Assembly: GCA_046290465.1 (NCBI GenBank)
Contig: JBKAGP010000001.1
Coordinates: 5,568,001-5,632,000, forward strand
DNA from: Planctomycetota bacterium
Lineage (GTDB): Bacteria > Planctomycetota > UBA1135 > UBA2386
Direction: 5' to 3'
Length of the DNA: 64,000 nt
Numbering within the stretch: position 1 is the stretch's first letter; the number at the start of each line of letters is the position of its first letter. The notes under the pieces were generated by a model. It was not told where the DNA came from and did not search any database. It saw nothing but the letters and a program-made list of their open reading frames with translations. Both the position numbers and the translations under genes were made by a program. Below, one piece after another: positions 1 to 10,459 of the stretch.

Positions 1-4
1 GGAC

Positions 5-1930
5 GTGACCTACACCCGCGAGGTGTTCGCGCCGGTGGAGAACGACTGCCTGGTCGTGCACGTCACCGCCGACCGCAAGGGCGCCGTCGACGTGCAGGCG
101 CGGCTGGCCCGCAGCGAATGTGCCGAGGTCGAGCGCGACGACGCGTTCCTGGTGATGAAGGGCAAGGCCGACCGGCACCAGCCGCACGAGGGGGTCGCGT
201 TCGCGGCCGCGATGCAGGTGCTGCATCGCGGCGGCCGGCTGCTCGACGCCGTCGAGGGTGGTCCGGCCGAACTGCGGGTGCTCGACGCCGACGCGGTGAC
301 GTTCGTGCTGACCGCGGCGACCGACTACCACCTGCCCGAGGAGCCGACCGGCAGCACCGTCGCGATCCGGCCGATGGCCCCCGAACTGGCAGCGCTGTTC
401 ACGCTCGGCCAGGCGACCGCGATCGGCTACGGCCACCTGCACCGCCGCCAGGTCACCGAGCACGCGATGTCGTTCGACCGCGTGCACCTCGACCTCGGCT
501 GCCACCGCCTGCGCGAGCTGCCGACCGACGAACGGCTGGCGAAGGTCCGGCAGGGTGGCTCCGACCCCGACCTGCTGGCGACCTGGTTCCAGTTCGGCCG
601 CTACCTGCTGCTCGGCTCGAGCCGGCCGGGCTCGCTGCCGGCCAACCTGCAGGGGATCTGGAACGAGCACATCGACGCGCCGTGGAACGCCGACTACCAC
701 ACCAACATCAACCTGCAGATGAACTACTGGCCGGCCGAGACCTGCAACCTGTCGGCCTGCCACCAGCCGTTGTTCGACTTCGTCGAGAAGCTGGTACCGA
801 GCGGCCGCCGGACGGCGCACGAACTGTACGGCTGCGGCGGCTTCGTCGTGCACCACACCACCGACGCCTGGGCGTTCACGTCGCCGATCGGCAGCACGCG
901 GTGGGGCATGTGGCCGATGGGCGGCGCCTGGTGCACCGCGCACTTCATGGAGCACTGGCGCTTCACCCAGGACCTCGACTTCCTGCGCGACCGCGCCTGG
1001 CCGATCCTGAAGGAGTCGGCGACGTTCTTCCTCGACTACCTCGTCGCGCATCCCGAGACCGGCAAGCTGGTCACCGGCCCGTCGATGTCGCCGGAGAACT
1101 CGTTCCGGACCGCGGACGGGGTGCAGGCGCACGTGACGATGGGGCCGGCGATGGACCAGCAGATCGTGCACGAGCTGTTCACCAACGTGCTCGAAGCGGC
1201 CGGCGAACTCGAGATCGAGGGCCGGTTCGTCGAGCGCGTGCGCACGGCGCTCGGTCGGCTGCAGGGGCCGCAGGTCGGCAGGGACGGCCGCCTGCTCGAG
1301 TGGAACGAGGAGTTCGACGAGCCGGAGCCGGGCCACCGCCACATGTCGCACCTCTACGCGCTGCACCCGGGCAGCCAGATCACCCGCCGCACCACGCCCG
1401 AGCTCGCCGAGGCCTGCCGCAAGGTGCTCGAGGCGCGGCTGGAGAAGGGCGGCGGCCACACCGGCTGGTCGCGCGCGTGGATCGTCAACTTCTACGCGCG
1501 GCTCGGCGACGGCGCTGCGGTCCTGCGACACCTCGACCTGCTGCTGGCGAAGTCGACGCTGCCCAACCTGTTCGACAACCACCCGCCGTTCCAGATCGAC
1601 GGCAACTTCGGCGGCACGGCCGGCATCGCCGAGGCGCTGCTGCAGAGCCACGCCGGCGCGATCGAGCTGCTGCCGGCGCTGCCGCCGCAGTGGGCCGACG
1701 GCGAGGTGCGCGGGCTGCGGGCGCGGGGCGCGTTCGAGGTCGACCTCCGCTGGGCGGCCGGCAAGCTGCAGCACGCCGATCTGCACGCCGAGGCCAACGT
1801 GCCGTGCCGGCTGTTCGGCGCGTTCGACGTGACCTGTGACGGGGCCGCGGTCGCGACCGCCACGGCGGACGGCACGACCACGTTCGAGGCAAGGGCCGAT
1901 GCGCACTACCACGTCACGCCTCGTCGCTAG
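5..1930 (+). CDS. Glycoside hydrolase family 95 (alpha-1,2-L-fucosidase-like), 5'-truncated by window edge
   Basis: GH95 motifs [46 protein letters not shown]. Confidence 0.93.
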   Translation: MTYTREVFAPVENDCLVVHVTADRKGAVDVQARLARSECAEVERDDAFLVMKGKADRHQPHEGVAFAAAMQVLHRGGRLLDAVEGGPAELRVLDADAVTFVLTAATDYHLPEEPTGSTVAIRPMAPELAALFTLGQATAIGYGHLHRRQVTEHAMSFDRVHLDLGCHRLRELPTDERLAKVRQGGSDPDLLATWFQFGRYLLLGSSRPGSLPANLQGIWNEHIDAPWNADYHTNINLQMNYWPAETCNLSACHQPLFDFVEKLVPSGRRTAHELYGCGGFVVHHTTDAWAFTSPIGSTRWGMWPMGGAWCTAHFMEHWRFTQDLDFLRDRAWPILKESATFFLDYLVAHPETGKLVTGPSMSPENSFRTADGVQAHVTMGPAMDQQIVHELFTNVLEAAGELEIEGRFVERVRTALGRLQGPQVGRDGRLLEWNEEFDEPEPGHRHMSHLYALHPGSQITRRTTPELAEACRKVLEARLEKGGGHTGWSRAWIVNFYARLGDGAAVLRHLDLLLAKSTLPNLFDNHPPFQIDGNFGGTAGIAEALLQSHAGAIELLPALPPQWADGEVRGLRARGAFEVDLRWAAGKLQHADLHAEANVPCRLFGAFDVTCDGAAVATATADGTTTFEARADAHYHVTPRR

Positions 1931-2096
1931 CGGGCAAAGCCCCGTCCGCACGCGTAGACGCCGCTTCCGGGATCACGGTTGGCAGCGCGTCCACTGCCTG
2001 GACGCGCTCCTGGCGGGCAAAGCCCCGTCCGCACGCGTAGACGCCGCTTCCGCGATCACGGCTGGCAGCGCGTCCAATGCCTGGACGCGCTCCTGG
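1927..2096. repeat. Two tandem units of the 83-bp CTAG/CTGG-bounded structured repeat
   Basis: Boundaries CTAG 1927, CTGG 2010, CTGG 2093 (period 83); near-identical to copies at 6026 and 42377. Confidence 0.95.
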
Positions 2097-2109
2097 CGCC
2101 GCGCTGCTG

Positions 2110-2331
2110 ATGCTCGGCGCCTGCAACCACGTCTTCTACCTGCCGCAGCCGCAGCTGACGCTGGTGCCGCAGCAGATCGGGATCGCGTGCGACGAGCAGT
2201 TCGTCGCCGTCGACGGCGACGAACGCCTGCACGTCTGGCACCTGCGGCCGCGCGGCACCCCGCGCGACGCGGTCGTCGTGCACTTCCACGGCAACTTCGC
2301 CAACATGTCGGCGCACGTCGGCGGAGCGCGA
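2110..2331 (+). pseudogene. N-terminal fragment of a lipoprotein alpha/beta hydrolase (YfhR/ABHD13-like)
   Basis: LLMLGAC lipobox-like, VFYLP, ERLHVW...VVVHFHGNFAN; family similarity ends where the convergent gene 2332-2853 ends; no GxSxG region. Confidence 0.6.
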
Positions 2332-2853
2332 TCAGCCCGGCCGGTGGTCGTGTGGGTGCGGCGTGGTCCAGACCGAATGGTCGGCGATGTCGAGCAGCGC
2401 CTGCAGCAGCATGCCGGCGACGATCACGACGACCGCCTGCAGGATCCACGCGACGAAGGCGATCGCGCCGTCGGCGCCGCGCGCGCCGGCCAGCGCCACC
2501 ACCAGCGTGCCGATCAGCAGGATCAGCTGGCAGACGACGATCAGCGTGCGCAGCGTCGTGTAGGCGGTGCGCTTGCGCAGGTGCAGCAGCCGTTCGGCGG
2601 CGGTCGGCGGCTGTGGCGGTTCGACGATCTTCGGTGCGGCCGCCGACTTCGGCGGCTCGAGCCCGAGCAGTTGGGTGACCGGGAACCACTCGACCGACGT
2701 CTGCCGGTCCTGCAGGTTCTGTCCCGCGTCGCGCAGCACGTAGCTGTCGAGCGGGAACGAGCCGTTCTCGATCGCCTCGGCGAGGTCCTTCTTCGCGTAC
2801 GGGCCCTGGTGGCCGTGCAGGCTGGGGTGACGCAGCCAGTGTCGTTCTTCCAT
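2332..2853 (-). CDS. Membrane protein with N-terminal GYF_2/DUF4339-like domain and two C-terminal TM helices
   Basis: MEERHW...QGPY..L...I.NG...DSYV...W.PV pattern; two hydrophobic segments; ATG at 2853. Confidence 0.6.
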   Translation of the reverse strand: MEERHWLRHPSLHGHQGPYAKKDLAEAIENGSFPLDSYVLRDAGQNLQDRQTSVEWFPVTQLLGLEPPKSAAAPKIVEPPQPPTAAERLLHLRKRTAYTTLRTLIVVCQLILLIGTLVVALAGARGADGAIAFVAWILQAVVVIVAGMLLQALLDIADHSVWTTPHPHDHRPG

Positions 2854-2882
2854 GCGGCGCACGATAGCGCACGCGCGCCGCA

Positions 2883-3755
2883 TTACTCGGGCAGCATCCG
2901 GCGCGCGACCAGCCAGCGGCGGCACAGCTGCGGCCACTCGCGGGCCGGCAGGTCCTTGCCGAGGCCGATGCCGTGCCGGCCCTGCTCGAAGCAGTGCAGC
3001 TCGCACGGCACGCCGGCGCGGTGCAGCGCGGCGTAGTAGACCAGGCTGTTCTGCACCGAGACGCCGCGGTCCGCGGACGTGTGCCACAAGAACGTCGGCG
3101 GCGTGTCCTTGGTGACCTGCCGTTCGCTCGACATGCGTTCGACCAGCTGCGGGTCCGGCTGCTTGCCGAGCAGATTGCGCTGCGAGCCCTTGTGCGCGAA
3201 CGGCTGGCCGAACGCGATCACCGGGTAGCACAGCACCGCGAAGTCCGGCCGGCACGACTGGCGCTCGATCGGGTCGTCGGCCGTCGCCTTGCCCGCGTCG
3301 TGGTGCACGCTGACGCTCGAGGCGAGGTGGCCGCCCGCCGAGAAGCCGAGCACGCCGACGCGCGCCGGGTCGACCGCGAAGCGCTTCGCGTTGGCGCGCA
3401 CCAGGCGCAGCCCGCGCTGGGCGTCCTGCAGCGGCGCCGGATGACCGTAGCCCTTGCCGCGATGGCGGTAGTCGAGCACACACGCGGTCACGCCGATCGC
3501 GTTGAGCCACGCGGCGATCTGCTTGCCCTCGTGGTCCATCGCGAGGTGGCCGTAGCCGCCACCGGGGCAGACCACGATGGCGCAGCCGTTGGCGGCCTCG
3601 CCCGCCGGCCAGACCAGCAGCCTGGGCTGGTCCTTCGGTTCGTCGCCGAGCGCGCCGGGCGCCCCGTCGGGCCACAGCAGCAGTTCGGTCGGAGACTGCG
3701 CGGTGGCGACGGCGAACGTGAGCAGCAGGGCGGTGACGAGCAGGCGGGCGTGCAT
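2883..3755 (-). CDS. Secreted alpha/beta hydrolase (BD-FAE / acetylxylan esterase-like)
   Basis: Signal peptide; CPGGGY oxyanion motif, GFSAGGHLA nucleophile elbow, TPPTFLWH, GRHGIG. Confidence 0.88.
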   Translation of the reverse strand: MHARLLVTALLLTFAVATAQSPTELLLWPDGAPGALGDEPKDQPRLLVWPAGEAANGCAIVVCPGGGYGHLAMDHEGKQIAAWLNAIGVTACVLDYRHRGKGYGHPAPLQDAQRGLRLVRANAKRFAVDPARVGVLGFSAGGHLASSVSVHHDAGKATADDPIERQSCRPDFAVLCYPVIAFGQPFAHKGSQRNLLGKQPDPQLVERMSSERQVTKDTPPTFLWHTSADRGVSVQNSLVYYAALHRAGVPCELHCFEQGRHGIGLGKDLPAREWPQLCRRWLVARRMLPE

Positions 3756-3841
3756 GCCGCTGAGGCTACCCGGCACAGGTCCCGCGCGTGCATCGCGGTC
3801 GTCGGGGGAGCCTCGTTCGGCCTCGCCGCTGCGGGGACGCG

Positions 3842-5950
3842 TCAGCGCGACTTCTCGGGCTCGGGGCCGCCGAGGTCGAGCCGCTGGATCCAGACGTTGC
3901 GGAAGCGCACCTCGTTGTGGTGGCCCTGCAGCCGGATCGGCCGCGGTTCTGGATCTTCCTTGGCACCGGCGCCGGTCTTGCGCGGCAGCGCGAAGTCGTC
4001 GTGCGCCAGTTCGCCGTTGTGGAACACGGTGATGCGCGCGTTCGCGACCTTCTCGTCGCCGCGCCAGCGCGCCGCGCGGAACACGATGTCGTAGCTCTGC
4101 CATTCGCCCGCGGGGCGACACGCGATCACGTCCGGCTTCTTGAGTCGATACAGGCTGCCGCAGTAGCTCGCCTGGTAGTCCTCGGCCGCAACCCCGTGCG
4201 AGTCGAGGATCTGCACCTCGTAGCGCTGCTGGATGTAGACCCCGGAGTTGCCGCGCGCCTCGGGGTTGTCGCCGTCGGCGACGTTGGTGGCGAACTCGAC
4301 GTGCATGCGGAAGTCGTCGTAGGACTCCGGCGTGACGACGCTGTCCCACTTGGGCGACGCCGTCAGCACGCCGTCGGCGAACGTCCACAGTTGCTCGCCG
4401 TCCGCCTTCTCGGGCACGAACGCCGAGCCCTCGGGGCCGACCAGCTGCACCGCGCCCGGCGGCTTGCCGGGATGGCGCGGATCGCAGATGCCGCGCGTCG
4501 TCTGCGGCGCTGCGTGCGCCAGCACGAAGTCGACCAGCGCCTGGCTCTCGAAGAAGCCCTGCCACATGTTGTGGCCCTGGCCGGCGGCGATCTCGAGCGT
4601 CATCTCGCCGCCGAGTTGGCGGTAGCGGCGCCGCAGTTCGGCCGAGTTCTGCGCCAGCGGCACGACGCGGTCGGCGTCCCCGTGCAGGTGCAGGATCGGC
4701 ACCTTGGCGTTCGCCAGCGGTGCCAGCCGCTCGATCGGGTTGTGGCGCGGCAGCGCGCCTTCGAGCTGCTGCTGGTCCATGCCGAACGCGCCGCACGCCT
4801 TCTGCAGGCCCGGGTAGCTGCGCAGGTCGCAGACCGGATAGATGCCGGCGATCGCGGCGACCGCCTCGGGGTGCTCGGCGGCCCACGAGTAGAGCATCAG
4901 GCCGCCGCGGCTGCGGGCCAGCAGGCACGGCTGCGGTGCCATGCCGCGTCGGTGCACCAGGTGTTCGTAGAGCCGCTGGAAGCTGGCGCGGCCGGCCGGG
5001 CTGCCGTACGACTCGCCGACGTCGACGCCGGCGATCGCGACGCCGGCGGCGAGGAACCGTTCGAACATCCAGCGCTCGGCCGCGGACGGCAGGCCGCGCA
5101 GGGTCGGTGCGTACCAGACCCACGGCTGCGGCGCGCGGCGGCGCGCCTCTGGCGGCAGGATCACGAACGCCGGCCGGCCGTCGATCGCGAACGTCTCGCC
5201 GGGCAGCGGCAGCTGCTTCTCGGCCGGATCCTGCCGCCCGTCCCAGATCTCCTGCAGCACCGCGTGGCCGCGCGGGTCGACCTCGAGCAGCTCGGCGCGC
5301 ACGAACGGATGGAAGTCGTTGCGGTAGAGATACGCCTCGGTCATCTCCGCGAAGTACTCCTTCTCGTTGGTCAGCGCGTAGTGCCGCACGCGGCGGCCGG
5401 TGTGCGCCAGCACCTGCTCGTAGATGCGCGCGCCGCGCGCGGCACGGAACGCCCCGCGGATCCGTTCGTCGTCGAAGCCGAGCACCTGGTCGTGGTAGGC
5501 GTGCGCCAGCTCGTGCAGGATCACGGCCGGGTGCTTGCGCATCTGTTCGCGCGACAGCAGCGCCGCTGCGCGCGGCACGTGCACCTTTTTGGCGAGCCGC
5601 GGATCGTAGCCGTGGTGTTCGAGCCAGCGCCTGCTCGGGTGGTACTGCATGTTGCGCAGCTCGCGGTGCTCGCGCTCGATCCACAGCTCGAGCCGGCGCA
5701 GCGCCTGCAGCTGGGGGCCGCGCACCAGGATGGTGATGCGCTCCAGATGGTTGCCGAGCATGCTCAGCGCGCGCGCGCCGCTTGCGGCGTGTTCGCCCTC
5801 GAGCAGGGCCGGATCGACGTGCACGGTGAAGCCGTGCAGCTGCCGCACGACCGGCTCGATGCGCGGGGCCGGGGCGGCCGGGGCGGCCGGGGAGGGGAGC
5901 GGCGGTTGGCCGAGGCCGGCCAGCAGCGGCGCGAGCGCGAGCAGCATCAT
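3842..5950 (-). CDS. Secreted three-domain fusion: zincin metallopeptidase + alpha/beta hydrolase + DUF1080 (3-keto-glycoside hydrolase-like)
   Basis: HELAHAYH...NEKEYFAE; ARSRGG...LHGDAD...GHN; GNSGVY...GEWQSYDI...LQGHHNEVRFRNVWI. Confidence 0.8.
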   Translation of the reverse strand: MMLLALAPLLAGLGQPPLPSPAAPAAPAPRIEPVVRQLHGFTVHVDPALLEGEHAASGARALSMLGNHLERITILVRGPQLQALRRLELWIEREHRELRNMQYHPSRRWLEHHGYDPRLAKKVHVPRAAALLSREQMRKHPAVILHELAHAYHDQVLGFDDERIRGAFRAARGARIYEQVLAHTGRRVRHYALTNEKEYFAEMTEAYLYRNDFHPFVRAELLEVDPRGHAVLQEIWDGRQDPAEKQLPLPGETFAIDGRPAFVILPPEARRRAPQPWVWYAPTLRGLPSAAERWMFERFLAAGVAIAGVDVGESYGSPAGRASFQRLYEHLVHRRGMAPQPCLLARSRGGLMLYSWAAEHPEAVAAIAGIYPVCDLRSYPGLQKACGAFGMDQQQLEGALPRHNPIERLAPLANAKVPILHLHGDADRVVPLAQNSAELRRRYRQLGGEMTLEIAAGQGHNMWQGFFESQALVDFVLAHAAPQTTRGICDPRHPGKPPGAVQLVGPEGSAFVPEKADGEQLWTFADGVLTASPKWDSVVTPESYDDFRMHVEFATNVADGDNPEARGNSGVYIQQRYEVQILDSHGVAAEDYQASYCGSLYRLKKPDVIACRPAGEWQSYDIVFRAARWRGDEKVANARITVFHNGELAHDDFALPRKTGAGAKEDPEPRPIRLQGHHNEVRFRNVWIQRLDLGGPEPEKSR

Positions 5951-6025
5951 GCCGCGCAGGCTACCCGGCCTGGGCCGTCGCGCGCGCCGGCCGGGACCGT
6001 TGCAGACCTTCTTGCGACAGGCCGG

Positions 6026-6112
6026 CTAGTGGGCAAAGCCCCGTCCGCACGCGTACACGCCGCTTCCGCGATCACGGTCGGCAGCGCGTCCACTACATGG
6101 ACGCGCTCCTAG
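6026..6112. repeat. Single unit of the 83-bp CTAG-bounded structured repeat
   Basis: CTAG at 6026 and 6109; the right CTAG contains the TAG stop of the minus-strand gene 6109-7653. Confidence 0.95.
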
Positions 6113-7653
6113 AGGCCGGCCTTGCAGCGCATGCCGTTGGACGTCACGAAGCCGATCGCGTTGAGCGTCGTCGGCGCCGACGCCTGCGCGAACGCCTCGG
6201 CGCCCAGGAAGATCGTCTGGTTGGGCAGCACGAACTCGATCTTGCTGGTGCCGCTGCTCGCCGGGGCGGTGTAGAGCGCCAGGTTGAGGTTGTTGTAGAC
6301 GAAGCAGCCGGGCCCGCCGAACGGCGCCAGGTTGAAGCCCGGCAGCTCGGTGTCGCCGACCGCGAACACCGCGACCGACGCGGCAGGGTCGATGTTGCTG
6401 GCGGTCAGCTGCCAGATCTCACCGAGCACCGGCGCGGTGCTGTCGAGCGCCAGCGGCGCGGTGTCGGTCGCCGGCACCGCGAACGCGCCGGCCGACAGGT
6501 CGGTCGGGCCGCCGTCGAGGCTGGCGCCGCCCGGCGAGTAGCCGATCAGCCAGTCCTCCGGGTTGCTCGTGCTCAGCGCACCGAACGCGATCGTGTGGTC
6601 CCCGGTCGCGGTGTCGATCGTGAACTGCACCGTGTTGGGTTCGGTCGTGTTCCAACCGAACACGCCGTCGTAGGTGACGGTCGCGACCGTGCCGGACTCC
6701 TCGTACCAGACCTGGCCGCTGCCCGTAGCGTTGGGCTGCAGGTCGGTCCACGCGTAGACGGCGGTGTCGGGGTTGGCGAGGAACGTCGCGACGATCGGCT
6801 CGAAGCCGGTGCTGTTGCCACCGCCGTAGGCGACCCAGCAGTTGGAGCCGACGTGCAGGCCGAGCGTGCCGCCCACCGTCGCGGTGTCGATCTGGTCGTC
6901 GTCGCCGAGCGTCAGTGCGACCGCGCCGCCGCCGATCGGCTGGATCGACGCGGCGGCCGACGCGACGTCGAAGCCGCTGCCGTTGCCGGTCGCGGTGACC
7001 GCGAGGCCGCCGAGGTCCATGCCGAGCGCGTCCATCACCTCGTAGTAGGAGGCGGCCGCTTCGTAGCAGCCCTGGCCGTACGGCGTCGCGCTGGCGAATG
7101 CGGTGCACTGCGCGCTGGTGTCGCCGACGAGGTAGTGGATGTTGCCGTTCCAGACCCGCGGGTTGAAGTTGAGCTGGAACGGGTAGGCGAGGCCCGAGCC
7201 CTCGTAGAACTCGAGGTCGGCGTTCGACGCGAACAGCGCGCCGGTGGCGGTGCCGGAGGTGTAGTTGATCGCCGTGCCGTTGGTGACGGTCACGTAGAAC
7301 GCCTGCGTCGCGCCGGCCGGGACGAACGTGCAGACCGGGATACGCAGCTGCGTCGGCACGTCGGGGCCGTTGGACGTGACGTCGGTGCTGCCGATCAGCG
7401 TCCAGTCGCCGGGGGTGTTGACCGACGGCAGGTACGGGCCGTTGTTGGTCAGCTTGTAGACCTCCATGTTCCATGTGCCCGAGTCGAGGTTGACGTCGAA
7501 GTAGTCGACGGTGATCCCCTGGGCATTGGTGGCGACGAGGTCGAACATGTTGCCCGACTGGCCATTGTTGCTGGCGAAGGTCGTGGTCAACGGGGATTGG
7601 GCCAGCGCGATCCCGCATAGGGCGATCGGCGCGAGCACGTGGTGCATCCGCAT
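6109..7653 (-). CDS. Secreted beta-rich hypothetical protein with conserved-looking C-terminal module
   Basis: Signal peptide ending ALA-Q; Thr/Gly/Asn-rich; ends LGAEAFAQ...GFVTSNGMRCKAGL; GGAG RBS upstream. Confidence 0.8.
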   Translation of the reverse strand: MRMHHVLAPIALCGIALAQSPLTTTFASNNGQSGNMFDLVATNAQGITVDYFDVNLDSGTWNMEVYKLTNNGPYLPSVNTPGDWTLIGSTDVTSNGPDVPTQLRIPVCTFVPAGATQAFYVTVTNGTAINYTSGTATGALFASNADLEFYEGSGLAYPFQLNFNPRVWNGNIHYLVGDTSAQCTAFASATPYGQGCYEAAASYYEVMDALGMDLGGLAVTATGNGSGFDVASAAASIQPIGGGAVALTLGDDDQIDTATVGGTLGLHVGSNCWVAYGGGNSTGFEPIVATFLANPDTAVYAWTDLQPNATGSGQVWYEESGTVATVTYDGVFGWNTTEPNTVQFTIDTATGDHTIAFGALSTSNPEDWLIGYSPGGASLDGGPTDLSAGAFAVPATDTAPLALDSTAPVLGEIWQLTASNIDPAASVAVFAVGDTELPGFNLAPFGGPGCFVYNNLNLALYTAPASSGTSKIEFVLPNQTIFLGAEAFAQASAPTTLNAIGFVTSNGMRCKAGL

Positions 7654-7791
7654 GGTCTCTCCTGGGTGACGTGGTGTCGTCGCGTCGGGCCGGGGCCCGG
7701 CCCTTGCGACGGCCTTGACGATACCGAAGATCCCTTGCCATGGGGCGGTGCCCAGTGCGTATCCGGCCGGTTTGGTTCGGCCAGGCCGGAC

Positions 7792-8859
7792 TCAGCGCGG
7801 CGTCCGGGCTGCGCAGCCGGTCACCTGCCAGCGGCCGTCGGCCGCGCGCCGCATCGAGATGAGCCATTGCGGCCATTGTGCGGTAAAGCCGCCACCGTCG
7901 GTCGCGACGACGGCGAACGGCTCGTCGCCAGGTGGCGCCGCCAGCCCGGCCGGCAGCTCGACGCCCTTGGCCAGGTAGGGGGCGACGACTCGTTCGCGGG
8001 CGATCGTGGGGCGCTGGTGTCGCTTGCTCCGGTTGCCCGGTCGCGCCGCTGGATCTTCTGCCGGATCTTCTTCAGCGACCGTCTGCTCGAGGCGCAGCGC
8101 CGCCGCCAAGCCGCGGGCCAGCTGCCGCGGCTCGAACCCTCTTCCGCGCTCGTCGACGGCCACGAACGCCATCGCGTGTTGCCACGGGAGCGCGTCGGTC
8201 TCGCGCGCGAGCGTGAAGCCGTGGCTGGCCATCTCGCGGATCACCTGCGCCTTGCTCATCATGTGCTCGGGCTTGATCGGCACCTCGGGGGCCTCGGCGC
8301 GGAACTCGACCAGCACCACCTCGCCGCCGGGCGCGAGCGCGCGGCGCACGTGCTGCAGCACGCGCACCGGGTGGGACAGTTCGTGGTAGACGTCGACCAT
8401 CAGCACGAGGTCGCACGAGGCCTTCGGCAGCTTCGGGTCGTCCACGGTGGCCTCGACGAACGTGACGTTGTCGAGGGCGACTTCGTCGGTGCGCTGCTCG
8501 AGCATCTTCAGCATCTGCGGCTGCAGGTCGACCGCGAACATGCGGCCGCCGCTGCCGACCTGACGGGCGAGCGGCACGGTGTGGTAACCGTTGCCGCAGC
8601 CGAGGTCGCAGATCGACTGGCCCGGCCGGACGGCGAGCCAGCGGCGCAGCGCGACGCCGTTCTCCTCGTCCTCGCGGGTGCGGCGCATCAGCCAGCCGGC
8701 ACCGGTCCAGTGCATCGTGTGCGCGATCTCGCGGCCGAGGTAACGCTCGCGGCCGGCCGGCGTCGACTCCGGGTCGACCGTCTGCGGCTCGGTGGTGGCG
8801 ACGGGTCGCTGCGGCGGGGCGCCGAGCGAGAGCAACAGGCACGCGGTGGAGACGAGCAT
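7792..8859 (-). CDS. Class I SAM-dependent methyltransferase with N-terminal signal-like segment
   Basis: DLGCGNGY motif I, FAVDLQ, DLVLMVDVYHE, LAPGG; YLGREIAHTM. Confidence 0.88.
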   Translation of the reverse strand: MLVSTACLLLSLGAPPQRPVATTEPQTVDPESTPAGRERYLGREIAHTMHWTGAGWLMRRTREDEENGVALRRWLAVRPGQSICDLGCGNGYHTVPLARQVGSGGRMFAVDLQPQMLKMLEQRTDEVALDNVTFVEATVDDPKLPKASCDLVLMVDVYHELSHPVRVLQHVRRALAPGGEVVLVEFRAEAPEVPIKPEHMMSKAQVIREMASHGFTLARETDALPWQHAMAFVAVDERGRGFEPRQLARGLAAALRLEQTVAEEDPAEDPAARPGNRSKRHQRPTIARERVVAPYLAKGVELPAGLAAPPGDEPFAVVATDGGGFTAQWPQWLISMRRAADGRWQVTGCAARTPR

Positions 8860-8992
8860 CCTGGTGGCTACGATAGCGCCGCGCACCGGCCTGCAGGACC
8901 GCCGTCCGACAGGTCGTGCCAGCCGGCGGCCACTTCGGCCGCCGACCGCCTTCGCGAAATCCTTCGCGAACCGTTCGTAGCGCGCGCCGCCC

Positions 8993-10429
8993 ATGCCGAC
9001 CCCCGAAAGCCCGGTCCGTTCTCCGTTCTGCCAGAACCTGCTGGCCGCACCGCTGATGGCGCTGGCCGCGACGCTCGCCGCCTGTGGCGCGACCGCGCAC
9101 AAGGTCGCGTTCGCGACGGCTGCGCCGTTCGAGGTCCAGGGCAGTTCGGCGGTTGCGCCGGTCGGCGCGCCGCAGGTGCAGGACCCGGTGCGCTCCGATC
9201 CGGGCAGCAAGGACCCAGCTCGCCAGGACCCTGGTCGCCAGGAGCCAGGTTGGCAGGACCCTGGTGATCCGGATCGTGGCCCCCAGGACGGCGAACAGGA
9301 CGAAGCCCGCTACGACGACGCGCCGCCGACCTACGCCAGCCTCGACCTCGGCGTCGCCGAGACCGGCATCAGCTTCGGCAACTCCGAGCGGTGGAACGGC
9401 CTGCGCTGCAACTGGCGCGACCACGGCGTCGACGAGGTCCTCGGGCTCAACCTGACGCTCTGGTCGCCGCGAGGTGACGGCATCGACTCGTTCACCGGCA
9501 TCGCGATCGGCGCCGCGCCGGCCGCCCGTTCGAGCACCGGCCTGCGGGTCGGCTTCGCGACCGTCGCCGGCCGCGACGTCACCGGCATCGACGTTTCGCT
9601 GCTGGCCGCGGTGTCGCAGGGCTCGGCCACGGCGATCCGGGTCGCGGGCCTGGCCGCCGTCAGCGAGGCCGACACCACCGGCATCGAGGTCGCCGGCCTC
9701 GCCACGGTCAGCGAAGGGCGCGCGGCGGGCGTGCACTTCGGCGGCCTCGCGACCGTCGCCGAGGGCGGCTTCACCGGCATCCAGGGCGCGGGCCTCGCGA
9801 CGGTCGCCGAGCACGACATCACCGGCATCACCGCCTCGGGGATCGCGTCGGTCTCGCAGGGCGACATCACCGGCCTGACCGTCGGCGGCTTCGCGGTCGT
9901 CGCCGAGGGCTCGGTCACCGGCATCCACGCCGCCGGCCTCGCGACCGTCAGCCAAGGCAGCATCACCGGTATCGGCGTCAGCGGCCTCGCGACCGTCAGT
10001 GAGGGCAGCGTCGCCGGCCTGCACGCGGCCGGCCTCGGCCTGGTCGCCGAGTCCGGCGTGCAGGGGATCGGCGTCGCCGGCGTCGCGCTCGGCGACCCGA
10101 GCGGCAGCTTCTTCGACTTCTCGCCGCGCCGCGCGACCGCCGAAGGTCGCACTGCGTCGCGCAACCGCGGCATCCTGGTCGCCGGCCTGAAGGCCGACGC
10201 GGCCAGCGTCGAGGGCATCACGGTCGCCGGCCTGCTCAACCGCAGCCGCGACTTCGACGGCATCGGCGTGTCGCTGCACAACTCGGTCAGCGGCATGCAG
10301 CGCGGCCTGCAGGTCGGTCTGGTCAACTACGCCGAGGACCTGCGCGGCGTGCAGATCGGCCTGATCAACCACGTGCCGAGCAACCCGTGGCCGCTGCGCT
10401 GGCTGCCGCTCGTCAACTTCCGTTTCTGA
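8993..10429 (+). CDS. Surface/outer-membrane repeat protein (LA_2272-like 15-aa repeats), probable lipoprotein
   Basis: Repeated GxxxAGLATVxEGxxT units; GLQVGLVNYA..L.GVQIGLIN; C-terminal ...LVNFRF; LAAC lipobox; start may be ATG 9056. Confidence 0.75.
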   Translation: MPTPESPVRSPFCQNLLAAPLMALAATLAACGATAHKVAFATAAPFEVQGSSAVAPVGAPQVQDPVRSDPGSKDPARQDPGRQEPGWQDPGDPDRGPQDGEQDEARYDDAPPTYASLDLGVAETGISFGNSERWNGLRCNWRDHGVDEVLGLNLTLWSPRGDGIDSFTGIAIGAAPAARSSTGLRVGFATVAGRDVTGIDVSLLAAVSQGSATAIRVAGLAAVSEADTTGIEVAGLATVSEGRAAGVHFGGLATVAEGGFTGIQGAGLATVAEHDITGITASGIASVSQGDITGLTVGGFAVVAEGSVTGIHAAGLATVSQGSITGIGVSGLATVSEGSVAGLHAAGLGLVAESGVQGIGVAGVALGDPSGSFFDFSPRRATAEGRTASRNRGILVAGLKADAASVEGITVAGLLNRSRDFDGIGVSLHNSVSGMQRGLQVGLVNYAEDLRGVQIGLINHVPSNPWPLRWLPLVNFRF

Positions 10430-10459
10430 CCGGAGCCTTCGCCTCGGCGGTACGTCGCT

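Noticed and set aside
1927..2096. Tandem repeat as a CRISPR array
   Set aside because: The units are 83-bp head-to-tail copies with no unique spacers, and there are no cas genes in the window
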